Assembly: GCA_036630325.1 (NCBI GenBank)
Contig: CP142727.1
Span: forward strand, 1,054,001-1,118,000
Length of the DNA stretch: 64,000 nt
Origin: Vairimorpha necatrix
Lineage: Eukaryota
Direction of reading: 5' to 3'
Shown here: positions 12,692 through 23,531 of the stretch, piece by piece
Position numbering within the stretch: position 1 is the stretch's first letter
Layout of the letters: each line of letters opens with the position of its first letter
Position numbers and translations under genes: made by a program
Notes under the pieces: generated by a model
What the model was told of the DNA's origin: nothing
What the model saw: only the letters and a program-made list of their open reading frames with translations
Database searches by the model: none

Positions 12692-14266
12692 TTAGGAATT
12701 GGCTTTAAAGATCCACCCAACTGACGCCGCCCATGATTCCTCATCTTCTCCATTATGGAGAATGGGGTCAGTCCGGCTCTTAAGGTCATAATCCTTTATA
12801 TATGTCTCAAATCTCTGCTCATAATGACTTAGATTCTTAAAATACTTCATGTAGTACATCTTAAGATCCTTACTATTCTTAGTACTGAAATGCCCAGACA
12901 TGGTAATCCAGTTCTTATTAAAAAAGGGATAATAAATGGCAAAGATCTGTCTCTCATCTGTAGACCAGTCACTCATAAATTTACTGGGGATCTTAGGGCC
13001 CTTGACCTGCTGGGTCTTCAGGAAATATTTCAAGTATATTTTTAACTCCTTCTGAGTCTTAGGGAGATCTTTCTGATATTTCACTAGAGACTTCCCATAG
13101 GCGGGATATTTCTTATTGAAATATTCCTTCTCTGTCTCAGTCCAGGTGCCATTTATAAAGAGACTGCACTCTGCGTCACTAATCCTCCCCGACTTCTTCT
13201 TTATATAATGATAAGTCTTATCTTTATTACAGTAATATCTCAGAATAATATCTCCCATATTCCTACTAGGGAATATCTTCTTTATAAGATCAAAATTATT
13301 CTTATATTTCAAGACTGCTCTCCTGAATTGTATTTTCTCTTCTTCTGTCCAGAAGGGCTCTTTAAGTTGCTCTAATTTACACTCTATGAATTTATGTCTT
13401 CTTCCTGGTTTATTTAAGAGAGGCTGAGAGACTTGATTTATTCTTCCTTTTTCCACTAGTAGTGCCTCAGATTTCTCTACGTAGTCCTTTACACTCTCAC
13501 ATCCTTTGTAGAAATTTGGATTAGATTTCTTCAAGAAATATTTTAGTCTTTTATCTGTACTAATATCATTTAATCTTTTTTCTTCTTCAAAATGAACAGG
13601 TTGAATTATATTATCTTCTATTTTATTATCTTCTTCTATTATACTATCATTTATTGTATTATCATTAATTATACTATCATTTATTATATTATCATTTATT
13701 ATATTATCATTTACTATATCTTCTTGAACTATATCTTTCTCGTGTATCAAATCTTCTTGTACTATATTGCGCATCTTTTTAATTTTCTTCTTTTTTTTTA
13801 TGTTTTCTTCCTGTATTATGTTTTGCCTTAATGATTTCTTTTTTTCTCTTATGTGTTTCTTTTTCTCTATTACTATATCATCATATAATAAATCTATACC
13901 TTTCTTTATATTTTTATTTATATCTATATCATCATATAATACATCTATGTTTCCCTTGGTAGTTGACTTCTTCCTTTTAGTGCTCTTGAGGTTTATATGT
14001 GGCATGTAGTGCTTTATTATGTTTGTGTTTATTTCTCTCGGATTTATTTCTATTGTTTCACTATCTCTTAGTTTTATTAGTCTCTTTATATTATTTGTCA
14101 AGTTCTTTATATTATAATCTATTTCTTCTGTACATGATTCTTTTATGAATATATTTGGTTTATATGAATTTACAGTACTAGTCATTTCCTCGCAGTAGAA
14201 ATGTTTTATTATGTCTGGGTTTATATCTGTGGGATCTATTTCTTGTATCTTCTTCTTCTTAATCAT
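12692..14266 (-). CDS. SANT/Myb-domain protein (Snt1/N-CoR-like)
   Basis: Three SANT-like repeats: FWTEEEKIQF...KNNFDLI...RYY, WTETEKEYF, WSTDERQIF...KNW...YY. Confidence 0.75.
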   Translation of the reverse strand: MIKKKKIQEIDPTDINPDIIKHFYCEEMTSTVNSYKPNIFIKESCTEEIDYNIKNLTNNIKRLIKLRDSETIEINPREINTNIIKHYMPHINLKSTKRKKSTTKGNIDVLYDDIDINKNIKKGIDLLYDDIVIEKKKHIREKKKSLRQNIIQEENIKKKKKIKKMRNIVQEDLIHEKDIVQEDIVNDNIINDNIINDSIINDNTINDSIIEEDNKIEDNIIQPVHFEEEKRLNDISTDKRLKYFLKKSNPNFYKGCESVKDYVEKSEALLVEKGRINQVSQPLLNKPGRRHKFIECKLEQLKEPFWTEEEKIQFRRAVLKYKNNFDLIKKIFPSRNMGDIILRYYCNKDKTYHYIKKKSGRISDAECSLFINGTWTETEKEYFNKKYPAYGKSLVKYQKDLPKTQKELKIYLKYFLKTQQVKGPKIPSKFMSDWSTDERQIFAIYYPFFNKNWITMSGHFSTKNSKDLKMYYMKYFKNLSHYEQRFETYIKDYDLKSRTDPILHNGEDEESWAASVGWIFKANS

Positions 14267-14349
14267 TCCTAGTGGGGTGTTTTTTAAATTTAATTTCTAC
14301 AAGTGGAGTGTATTGACAGTTATCAAATCAACTAATAACAGGTATAAGA

Positions 14350-14421
14350 GCACGCAGTATATTGATACTAATATATACTCTATTTATATGCTGTATGTAT
14401 TAGTATCAATATACTGCGTGC
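14350..14421. repeat. Perfect 24-bp inverted repeat (hairpin/cruciform) in a divergent promoter
   Basis: GCACGCAGTATATTGATACTAATA (14350-14373) / TATTAGTATCAATATACTGCGTGC (14398-14421). Confidence 0.95.
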
Positions 14422-14656
14422 ATAGTAACTATTTCATATGTAACATGCATAATATAAATAACTATTGGATAGCATTACTATCGTATGCAGTCATATGTTC
14501 CATGCATAATACATCTATTGAATACTTCTTTCATGCATAATACATTCTATACTAATTTTCATTTTTTTCATGCTGTTTTTTTTCTTTTATACTTTTATTT
14601 TTCATGGAACGTTCTTTTTTCATTTTTTTATGCTGACTTTGTTTGTTTCACCCCAA

Positions 14657-14962
14657 ATGAATCCAGATCATTTTATAACTCTCAAGAAGTGGAATTTAGT
14701 AGGCCTCTGGTCTCTTGACATGCAAGTGGAGACATGTGCGATATGTAGGAATCATATTATGGACTCGTGTGTTGAATGTCAGAATGGTCTTCTTAATGAT
14801 GAAGAATGTAGTGTCTCATGGGGGACTTGTAATCACGCCTTTCATTCTCACTGTATTAGCCGGTGGCTAGTGTCTAAAAATGTGTGTCCTTTAGATACTA
14901 AGCCATGGACTTATTACCAGCCCAGTATTGAGAGTAAAGACAGTGTAAAATATAAGCAATAA
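14657..14962 (+). CDS. RBX1: RING-box protein Rbx1/Roc1
   Basis: [11 protein letters not shown]...[16 protein letters not shown]...[17 protein letters not shown]...CPLD. ATG follows CCCC. Confidence 0.95.
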   Translation: MNPDHFITLKKWNLVGLWSLDMQVETCAICRNHIMDSCVECQNGLLNDEECSVSWGTCNHAFHSHCISRWLVSKNVCPLDTKPWTYYQPSIESKDSVKYKQ

Positions 14963-15115
14963 ATGAGCCATAAAATCAAATTTAAAATGTACTATATAAT
15001 ATTATAATATAACTTATTAAGTCTTTATTATATTGTACTTTATTTAAGCCTTTATTATATCATAAATTATAGTTATTTAAGCCTTTGTTCTTTTTTGTTT
15101 ATTTTCCCCCTTTTT

Positions 15116-15787
15116 ATGGAAGAAAGTGACGTAGAATTGGGAAATGTATTTGACGACAATATCAAAATTAAGAAGAATGTCTTAAGAGACAAAACAAATT
15201 TAAATAAGACAAGTAATAATCACATATTAGAGAATAAGGTAGTAAGTAATAGTCAAGATATATTAAGGAAATATAATATAAATTTCAATATAGAAGAAGA
15301 TCAGAGGACTAATGAACTACATAATCAATATATAGAGAAGATATTAATAAACAGTCAAGAAGAAAGAGATCTCCAGAATGAATACAATCTAGAAAAAAGA
15401 GTGGATTCCACAGGGGACAAAATAAACCCGCATAAACTCAGCATAAAGAACAAAGAAGAAAATGACATCATAAGTGAGATACAGAGGGAATTCAGAGATC
15501 TAAAAGAGACACACAAGAATATGCTCCACTTGCGGAATAGACTCCTTCTCCTCATAGAGAAAGAAGTAGAGAATATAAAGAAAGAAGTCACAGAGACGAA
15601 GAATAAAGAGATACTCTGCCTAGAAGAGAAGCACAGTAAAGAGATAGAAGAATATAAAGAGAAGATGAGTCAATTAAAAGAAGAAGTAGAATATCATAAA
15701 GAGAGATTTATAAGGTATAAGATATTCTGTAAGAAGAAAGTATTAGAATATAAAGACAAGATAACAAAAGCGCACAACATGAAATGA
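15116..15787 (+). CDS. Hypothetical coiled-coil protein
   Basis: Long E/K-rich ORF; first ATG follows a CCCCC motif. Confidence 0.7.
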   Translation: MEESDVELGNVFDDNIKIKKNVLRDKTNLNKTSNNHILENKVVSNSQDILRKYNINFNIEEDQRTNELHNQYIEKILINSQEERDLQNEYNLEKRVDSTGDKINPHKLSIKNKEENDIISEIQREFRDLKETHKNMLHLRNRLLLLIEKEVENIKKEVTETKNKEILCLEEKHSKEIEEYKEKMSQLKEEVEYHKERFIRYKIFCKKKVLEYKDKITKAHNMK

Positions 15788-16064
15788 TTTGTATAAGATA
15801 TATTAAGATATATATAAGATGTTATAAATTTATTCATGCATATTTAGTATGTTAATTAAAAAAATATAAATTAAATATACTAACCATAATTAATATAATA
15901 TAATTAATATAATATTTTATTTTTAATATAAAGTAAATATAATTGATATATATATATATTTAATTTAATTGATATAATATTAAATATAGTATAATTATAT
16001 AATATTTTATATTGTTTATTTACTTTTTGTTTCATTTTATAAACAAATTCGCACTGTATAAATA

Positions 16065-16775
16065 ATGATCTCATTCTTCATAAATGACAAGGTCTATAAG
16101 ACCCAGTCTCTGGATTATATAGATCCTATAAGTATGGAATATTACAGTACTATAGTCCAGGAGACGCCTCTGCTCTGCATTTTAGTATGTGACAATACTA
16201 AATATGTCTACAAGACTGAAGACATAGTAGAAATGAGATATGAGATATTTAACAATACAGTGCATGTGTACACATTAAAAGACCCGATTAGTAGGGAAGA
16301 AGTAAGGGACATCTACTACTTCGAGCCACAGCGCACCAAAGAAGAAAGTAAAGAAGAGATGAAATGTAAAGAGGTAAGTAAAGCAGAGATAGACATAACA
16401 GGGGATTATGAATGTGAAGAGAAGAGCAAAGAATATTTAAAGCTTAGAGACGATTTAAAGCGTAAAGAAGAGATGGAATGTAAAGAGGTAAGTAAAGAAA
16501 TTTCGGAGTGTAAAATGGGGTCTATAAGATTCAGTAAGGAAGATATAAGATTCAATGAGGCCAATTTACAGAAAATCCACCCCGCTTATTCTGGCCCGCC
16601 CATTTTACACTTCACTTATCTTTGTAATGAGAAGGAATTATTCGAGAGTGATGAATACAGGAAAATAATACTGAAATATGAATATAATAGTGAACTAGTA
16701 AATTATTATATAGGAATAATGTGCTTAGTAACAATATTAATAATTATACTCGCAAATAAATATATACCAAATTAA
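16065..16775 (+). CDS. Hypothetical tail-anchored membrane protein
   Basis: 236 aa, C-terminal hydrophobic helix, internal duplication KEEMKCKEVSK / KEEMECKEVSK. Confidence 0.7.
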   Translation: MISFFINDKVYKTQSLDYIDPISMEYYSTIVQETPLLCILVCDNTKYVYKTEDIVEMRYEIFNNTVHVYTLKDPISREEVRDIYYFEPQRTKEESKEEMKCKEVSKAEIDITGDYECEEKSKEYLKLRDDLKRKEEMECKEVSKEISECKMGSIRFSKEDIRFNEANLQKIHPAYSGPPILHFTYLCNEKELFESDEYRKIILKYEYNSELVNYYIGIMCLVTILIIILANKYIPN

Positions 16776-16879
16776 TATACAATTTAATATTTTGCATATT
16801 TAGTATGTTAATTAAATTTAAACAAACAAAATCATATGAAATTAATATAAAAACTAATATTTTAATTATTTATTATAAA

Positions 16880-17365
16880 TTAGTCTATGTAGTCTTGGGG
16901 TTGACTATCAAGTTTAAATTCCTTTTCTATTTGTTCTCGTCTCTCTAATAATTCTTTAATTCTCATTGTATCTTCATCTTTCTTCTTCTTTTTATACCCT
17001 TTCTTCCTCTTTATATAAATACTCTCCATCTCACTATCAATCTCCCTTAACATCTCAAATATCAAGATATATTTCACTTTATTCTTTATTATATTCCTTA
17101 TTTGTGTCTTCCTCTTATTATTGACTTGTACTAGAGACTTCTCATTTTTAAATGAGAAGTCTCTGTCACTTATAATTAATTGGTACAGGAGATCAGAGTA
17201 CTCTATGTCTCCAGGATGAGTGAGATCTAAGACTGACAGTGTGTCATTGTCTATCTTCTTAAAGTATTTTGAGATGTAGTCTACGAATTCTATACAGTTC
17301 ATTTGATCAGATTTACATTTTGATTTTGTGGGTTCAGTGTAGTAAGACTGAATATTCTTCTGCAT
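16880..17365 (-). CDS. Putative Ada3/Ngg1-like SAGA subunit (reduced)
   Basis: VNNKRK...MLREIDSEMESIYIKRKKGYKKKKK...IKELLERR resembles the Ada3 C-terminal region as recalled from the family; not verified by search. Confidence 0.5.
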   Translation of the reverse strand: MQKNIQSYYTEPTKSKCKSDQMNCIEFVDYISKYFKKIDNDTLSVLDLTHPGDIEYSDLLYQLIISDRDFSFKNEKSLVQVNNKRKTQIRNIIKNKVKYILIFEMLREIDSEMESIYIKRKKGYKKKKKDEDTMRIKELLERREQIEKEFKLDSQPQDYID

Positions 17366-17440
17366 TTGAAAGTAAAGGGCAGTAAATATCAAAAAAAAGT
17401 CCAAGTTATATTTGTATTTAATATTGTATATATTTTATCA

Positions 17441-17510
17441 AATATGTAACATAATGTATTATATTGTATATTTTATAAATAATATGTAACATAATGTATT
17501 ATATTGTATA
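17441..17510. repeat. 30-bp direct repeat with 40-bp period
   Basis: AATATGTAACATAATGTATTATATTGTATA at 17441 and 17481. Confidence 0.9.
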
Positions 17511-17617
17511 TATTTAATCCAATATGTATATGCTTAGTTTTTTATTGTATATGTAATAAGTCTAAATATTAGTTATAGATTAAATATATATAAACTTATA
17601 TTTTATTTTGTTACCTT

Positions 17618-19006
17618 TCACATATCTTTTAATACTATTATAGGCCTCAATCTACACACTTTTTTACTTATTCCATTCATTTCACTACACTCAACTACTT
17701 CATCTATATCTTTATAACACTCAGGCGCCTCTTCTACTATCCCTTTCTTACTCCCACTTCTAATATATATATTCTTATCTTTCAAATCTCTAATCACTTC
17801 TTCATACTTAAATCTCGTACTACTCTCTTTCCTTGTTACTATTCGTCCTGAGCCGTGGCATGTGCTTCTGTAAGTTTTACTCGACTCGCCACATATTATA
17901 TAAGAAAATGTGCCCATTGAGCCACCTACCATGACAGGCTGACCTATGTTGCGATATACGAAAGGAAGCTCTAAATTGCCAGGCTCGAGTATTCTACTGG
18001 CTCCTTTTCGGATTACAAGAGCGTCAAGGTCTTCTTCTACTTTGGCTATATTATGACTAGTATCATAAATTAATTGGGACTCGAAATGTGGGAAAACAGT
18101 CTTGAGATTATTAGAAAGAGTCTGGGAAATCATGGCTCTATTAGCGAAAGCATAATTACAAGCACTTGACATGGCACTGAGATATTCTTGAGATAAAATA
18201 TTATCTGCGTGTAAATAAACAGATTCATTCATATTAGTTGTATCATTTATAAATCCACCTGTATTATTTAGTAATACTTCATTATTAAACTTTATTAAAC
18301 TTTCTTTACACACATTATGTCCTAATCCTCTGCTCCCACTATGTACACTTAGAACTATCTGCCCTTCTCTAAGTCCTATAACTTCACATCTTTCTTTATC
18401 GACCACTTTCTCTACATACTGGATTTCAGCGTAATGATTACCAGATCCAAGACTCCCAAACTGATTTATACCTTTTCCTTTAGTTTTCTGACTAACTAGT
18501 CGACTATTCCCTTGATATTTACCATTTGATTCTGTAAACTCTAAATTATCGACCGTTATTAATTTATTTTTTACTAAAAAATTTAACCCTTCATCTAAAA
18601 TAGAATTGAGATCTTTAAGTGGTAATGAAACAGGAGAAAGGTCAAAGATATCGACTAAAGAGTCGATATCTTTAAGATCTGATAAGTGTAAATTGGTTTT
18701 TAGACATCTGACCCCACAATTAATATCATAACCAACCCCGCCAGGAATTATAAGAGGGTTATTGTGGAGATCGAAACATGTAACTGAACCTATAGGGAAG
18801 ACGTAGCCTTGATGAAGATCTGGTAAACCAATGACTGGTCTAGAAACAGTGGGAAGTTTGGAAATATTAATTAGTTGGGTTAATAAAAGTTTGTCTTGGA
18901 GAATGGGATCATGAAGAGGTTTGGAAGCGTAGATAATACAATCAGTGTTCATTTTTAAATCTTGAGATTTTGGGATAGTGATTTTTAGATTTGAAATATT
19001 AATCAT
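17618..19006 (-). CDS. rtcB: RtcB RNA/tRNA-splicing ligase
   Basis: PDLHQGYVFPIG, GGVGYDINCGVR, GSLGSGNHY, HSGSRGLGH, HNIAK, HGSGR, EEAPECYKD. Start placed at the ATG after CCCC. Confidence 0.95.
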   Translation of the reverse strand: MINISNLKITIPKSQDLKMNTDCIIYASKPLHDPILQDKLLLTQLINISKLPTVSRPVIGLPDLHQGYVFPIGSVTCFDLHNNPLIIPGGVGYDINCGVRCLKTNLHLSDLKDIDSLVDIFDLSPVSLPLKDLNSILDEGLNFLVKNKLITVDNLEFTESNGKYQGNSRLVSQKTKGKGINQFGSLGSGNHYAEIQYVEKVVDKERCEVIGLREGQIVLSVHSGSRGLGHNVCKESLIKFNNEVLLNNTGGFINDTTNMNESVYLHADNILSQEYLSAMSSACNYAFANRAMISQTLSNNLKTVFPHFESQLIYDTSHNIAKVEEDLDALVIRKGASRILEPGNLELPFVYRNIGQPVMVGGSMGTFSYIICGESSKTYRSTCHGSGRIVTRKESSTRFKYEEVIRDLKDKNIYIRSGSKKGIVEEAPECYKDIDEVVECSEMNGISKKVCRLRPIIVLKDM

Positions 19007-19500
19007 ATGAGGGGATAAAAGAAGTAAATTAATAACGGAAAAAAAAATATGAAAAATACAAACTAGAAAGATTTTATTTGATGGATAAAATAAATTTATA
19101 TGGTCCACATCTATAATTTGATAATGCACAAGAAAAAAAAGATAAATTGACTTACTTAAAAAAGTGTGTGGGATCGAAAGACGACATATAAAAAAAATCA
19201 ATTTTAGAAAAATAATATTGTGTTCATTGGTTAAGTAAGAAGCTGAGAGTAGATGGCCAATAATTCGTTAAAAATAATTTATTGTTAAGGCCTAAAATTA
19301 TTGTATATATATGTTCAACACAATTAATAATAAAGTAAAAAAACACAAACCTATTGATAAACAATATTATTAGACTGTTAAAAGTACTGGATTACAAAAC
19401 TTGTAAATGGATCGTGAATCTTCTTTACTCTTATAGGTCTATTAAGTTATTAACAAATTATATTTAAAACTTTAAAAAATAAAATATTTTATCCCCCTTT

Positions 19501-19650
19501 ATCTACCACACCCAAACAGGGGATTCTTAAACATCTTTGATGTCTAACCATTTAACAAACCCACCTTCAATATGCCTAAAGAACCTCAATAATGGTATAC
19601 AAAGTCTCGATCTTGTGCCATTTTGTTTGTATGCGGTGGTAGATTTTTTA
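19501..19650. ncRNA. Candidate structured ncRNA (~145 nt), identity unknown
   Basis: Ends pair (ATCTACCAC 19501-19509 with GTGGTAGAT 19636-19644; CAAACA/TGTTTG). Internal stems ACATC/GATGT and ACCATT/AATGGT. Preceded by CCCCC and followed by a T-run on +. Confidence 0.4.
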
Positions 19651-20153
19651 AATAATTTTTTTTTAAAAAAAAATAATGAATAATAATAAAAATGAAAAAT
19701 TTACTAAGTTTAAATACGGACTGTTTAGTAAAATTAAAAGGTCTGATGTGCGACAAATACAAGAAAAAAATGAATATAAAGCAGAAGAATGGAGTGAAGA
19801 TGAGTTGTTTAATAGTAATTAATAAAATAGTAAATGAACTAATAGTGGTAACATATAATTTGCAAAATAACACTGGTTAAAATATTCATTGTTTAAAAAA
19901 ATGTATAATGAAAAATAGATTTTCTTTAATATAAATTAATACAATCTGAAAAAAAAGTTATTTATAGCATTTTGTACTAATAAAATCTTATGAAATTACT
20001 AATTCTAGTGACATAAAATTATAATTTTAATTAAAATTAAAGTTATATTGAAAATTTTTCATTTAAAAATATTTGTTTCAGTTTGTTTGTTACAACAAAC
20101 AAACAGTTTCATTCACAATATTTAAAAAAAAATCAACAATGCATAAATAACAA

Positions 20154-21518
20154 ATGAAACCATTTTTTCTCATTGGCTTCATATTTTCTCTAGATAACTA
20201 CATAGTATTATTCAAAATAAAGCCCAATCTAAGTACCCATCAATCCATTCAAAACTATGAAAACACAATGACAAGAACTTTACAATACTTTTCACCTCAA
20301 TCTTTTATTACTGAAAAAATTAAAAACGGGTATATAGCAAAAATTGATGAAAAAACAGTACAAAAAATTAAAAATGATGCGGATGTAGCAATAGTAGAAA
20401 AAGATAGTATTGTAAAAACTGCTGATTATAAATATTATGATTTTTATATAACACCTGAATTTAAAAATGAAAAAAAAAGTAATATAAATAAAAAAACTTT
20501 GGCTGTGCAGGAAAGAGCACCATGGGGATTGAGTAGAATATTGGGGAAACAATATCTGAGATCTAGAAAATATATTTATCCTGAAGACGCTGGTAAAGAT
20601 GTAGAAGCATTTATTATTGATACAGGGATAGATGTTTTACATCCAGATTTTCGAGGTAGAGCGAGATGGGGAGCAAATTTCGTATTAAATTCGCCAAATT
20701 ATGACGAAAATGGACATGGAACACACGTAGCTGGAGTAGTGGGAGGCCATAGATATGGAATTAGCAAACAAGTTTCATTGGTAGCAGTTAAAGTATTAGA
20801 CTTAAATGGTGTAGGAATGATATCGTCAATACTAAAAGGTGTGGATTATGTGATTGAGGAACATGAAAAGAAACGAGATCTTCTTTATGACATTGCAACT
20901 GCCAGCTATCTAGGAATGAAAAAGACACCAAATTTAGAAAAGAGTTTAGAATCTTTTATTAATAATTCTGAATTACAACCAAAAACGGTTGTAAACATGA
21001 GCGTAGGCGGAGTAAAATCATCGGCTTTAAATTTCGCAGTGGATTACGCTACCTCACTCGGGATACATTTCGCAGTAGCAGCAGGAAATGATCAAGAAAA
21101 CGCATGCTCGTATTCGCCGGGATCTTCAAAACACGCTTTTACAGTTGGCGCATCAGATAAATATGATAGGACAGCCGACTTTAGTAATTTCGGCCAATGT
21201 GTTGATGTGTATGCCCCGGGGGTCGACATTTTAAGCGCATGGAAAAATGGAAGATCCACATTGGCATCTGGTACATCCATGGCTTGTCCTCATGTGACTG
21301 GTGTGATGGTTTTATATTTAGGACAAAAAAGATATTCTCCCGAAGAATTGAAAAAGAAGATTTTACAAGATACAAAACATGTAGTGGTGAATCAAATGAA
21401 AGAAAAATCGTATATTGAAGCTTTATGGCCTTTAAACTGGTTTAATAAACAAGAAAAACTTCCATTGGTGTCAACTAACAAGTTTATAAAGAATATCATT
21501 GAAGAAAATAATAAATAA
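20154..21518 (+). CDS. Subtilisin-like serine protease (S8, proteinase B/K type) with signal peptide and I9 prodomain
   Basis: IIDTG, NGHGTHVAG, AAGN, SGTSMACPHV catalytic motifs; APWGLSRI at the start of the mature domain. Confidence 0.95.
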   Translation: MKPFFLIGFIFSLDNYIVLFKIKPNLSTHQSIQNYENTMTRTLQYFSPQSFITEKIKNGYIAKIDEKTVQKIKNDADVAIVEKDSIVKTADYKYYDFYITPEFKNEKKSNINKKTLAVQERAPWGLSRILGKQYLRSRKYIYPEDAGKDVEAFIIDTGIDVLHPDFRGRARWGANFVLNSPNYDENGHGTHVAGVVGGHRYGISKQVSLVAVKVLDLNGVGMISSILKGVDYVIEEHEKKRDLLYDIATASYLGMKKTPNLEKSLESFINNSELQPKTVVNMSVGGVKSSALNFAVDYATSLGIHFAVAAGNDQENACSYSPGSSKHAFTVGASDKYDRTADFSNFGQCVDVYAPGVDILSAWKNGRSTLASGTSMACPHVTGVMVLYLGQKRYSPEELKKKILQDTKHVVVNQMKEKSYIEALWPLNWFNKQEKLPLVSTNKFIKNIIEENNK

Positions 21519-21749
21519 ATTTACACCTTTAAAATATTATTTTTAAGATTTACTTTATTTTTAATATAAAAAAAAATAGGCTTTTAAATTTTCCTTTTTT
21601 CGTATTAGATTTTCCAGAGGTTTTTATTTTCTTTGCAAATTTTGGTTTTGACCGTTAATAAATTTAACGGATTTTGATTGTTTTATTGAAAGCCCTCAAA
21701 GTTTAATTTCTAAGATTTTAAATTTCGTTATTTCATAAAGGGCAAGAAT

Positions 21750-23531
21750 ATGCTAGAAATTAACAACATGACTTTTTACATTGAAGAACAAATAATCTGC
21801 ACTAACCAAAAATTCAAAGTACACGGCGTTTGTGGTATTATGGGAAGATACAATTTATTACGAGAATGTTTTATATCTGAATTTACCGCTTCATTATTTA
21901 AGAAAATACCTTTACTTAGTGCACATATGAAAATATATTATAAAAATGAAGAAATTAAGTATAAATTTTCTAAATGTTTATTGAATCCTTACACATTTTT
22001 CAATGTCGAAGATAAAGTTGAAGACATTTTTTACTTTGTTAATAAAAAATTAGCAGATGAAGTTATAAAAGATTTCGATTTAGGGGAATATAGAAAATTA
22101 TGTATAGGCGAATTGGGACCTTCTGTTTCTAATATATTAGAAATGGCTATAGCAGCCTGCTCGGGATCAAAAGTGGCCTATTGTTATGAAATTCTCGACC
22201 CGTACAAAAGTACTGAGTTTTATTTACGATTATTGAAAAAATATTCAGTTTTAAATGAATCAATAATATTTGTAGAGACTCAATCTTTTGATAAACATTT
22301 GTTCGATAGTTTTATTGTTTTTCATGATAAAACAATATCTTCTTATAATAAGGAAATAGATTCATTAACAGGTAATATTTGTAATATAAAAAATTATGAA
22401 TCATTTGTATATGAGACGTATGTAAGCAAGTTTAATAATATACCAAATGGGAATTATTACGAATATGAAGATAGCACTACGGATAATGACTCGTGTATAA
22501 CATCCTTAGACTCGTCTTCTTCTGTGTCTACCGAAGATAATTCTAATGTAGAAAATTTTTTACAAATGATAATTTACAAATGTAAAATATGGTCGAGCTT
22601 CATTCAATTTTGCAAATCTATAACTCCAGATCTCAGTAAAGCATTGACTCTCGTAACTTTAAAATTTAATAGACCAGAAATATCAAATGAACTAAGTATT
22701 TATTACACGAACGTAGGGAACATTACTATGATAATTTTTTGCTGTAAGCATTGGTTTTCTTTACATTTTTTATTTTTACAAATTTATTGTTGGATTCTAA
22801 TTTATCATTTATCGGTCAAAAATACTGACTATACTGTTTTATCATTGATTTCTAAATTTACAATTTTACCAAAGTGGTTGAAAAAATTTGAAAAAATTTT
22901 TGATTTTTTTACGTTATTAATTTTTTTAAAATATTTAATATTTTTCGAAACTCATTGCATCTCGCAATTTTACAACATATTTAAGACCGAATACATAAAA
23001 AAGATGCCACAGACTTCTTTAATTTCCTCTATAATTTATACATGCGTTTTTTATTCTTCAAATTATCTTATTGATGAAGACTATACATTTATAAGGAAAT
23101 ACCACGGTGTAGCATTCAATTCTAGTACTGTATACTTTTATTTTATTTTTTATAGTTTTATATCTTCTATTTTTCCTTTTATATTGGTATCAATTATTTT
23201 AAATATTTATGACATTTTGATAGTTTTGCTAAATTGTCAATTTAATATTCCTTTATTTAACTATTTTATGGCGAAAAAATCTAAATTTTTAATTAGTGTC
23301 TATCTGATCACTCGAAATTATTTCGCCGTAAAAGAGAGTGAAGTTGTAAAATACCCTAGGTACTATAAGTTTTTGAAATCTTTTGATATGTATGAGATAG
23401 CTAAAAATCTGAGTGAAAACAAAATGGACAAACATTCACTAATCCTGTTATGTTTATTTTATTTTGGTATATTTTTGTTCTTTTCTTTATTTTTTAAAAA
23501 AAATTTATTTAGATTTATAGGTAACAAATAA
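21750..23531 (+). CDS. Membrane protein, probably a highly degenerate ABCG-type half transporter
   Basis: N-terminal NBD-like layout (CGIMG at the Walker A position; IGELG...ILEMAIA...VAYCYE at signature/Walker B), followed by several hydrophobic helices. Confidence 0.5.
   Translation: MLEINNMTFYIEEQIICTNQKFKVHGVCGIMGRYNLLRECFISEFTASLFKKIPLLSAHMKIYYKNEEIKYKFSKCLLNPYTFFNVEDKVEDIFYFVNKKLADEVIKDFDLGEYRKLCIGELGPSVSNILEMAIAACSGSKVAYCYEILDPYKSTEFYLRLLKKYSVLNESIIFVETQSFDKHLFDSFIVFHDKTISSYNKEIDSLTGNICNIKNYESFVYETYVSKFNNIPNGNYYEYEDSTTDNDSCITSLDSSSSVSTEDNSNVENFLQMIIYKCKIWSSFIQFCKSITPDLSKALTLVTLKFNRPEISNELSIYYTNVGNITMIIFCCKHWFSLHFLFLQIYCWILIYHLSVKNTDYTVLSLISKFTILPKWLKKFEKIFDFFTLLIFLKYLIFFETHCISQFYNIFKTEYIKKMPQTSLISSIIYTCVFYSSNYLIDEDYTFIRKYHGVAFNSSTVYFYFIFYSFISSIFPFILVSIILNIYDILIVLLNCQFNIPLFNYFMAKKSKFLISVYLITRNYFAVKESEVVKYPRYYKFLKSFDMYEIAKNLSENKMDKHSLILLCLFYFGIFLFFSLFFKKNLFRFIGNK

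Noticed and set aside
19586-19621. MAQDRDFVYHY-TGA as a possible selenoprotein start
   Set aside because: No CxxU context, and the frame closes 14 codons later.
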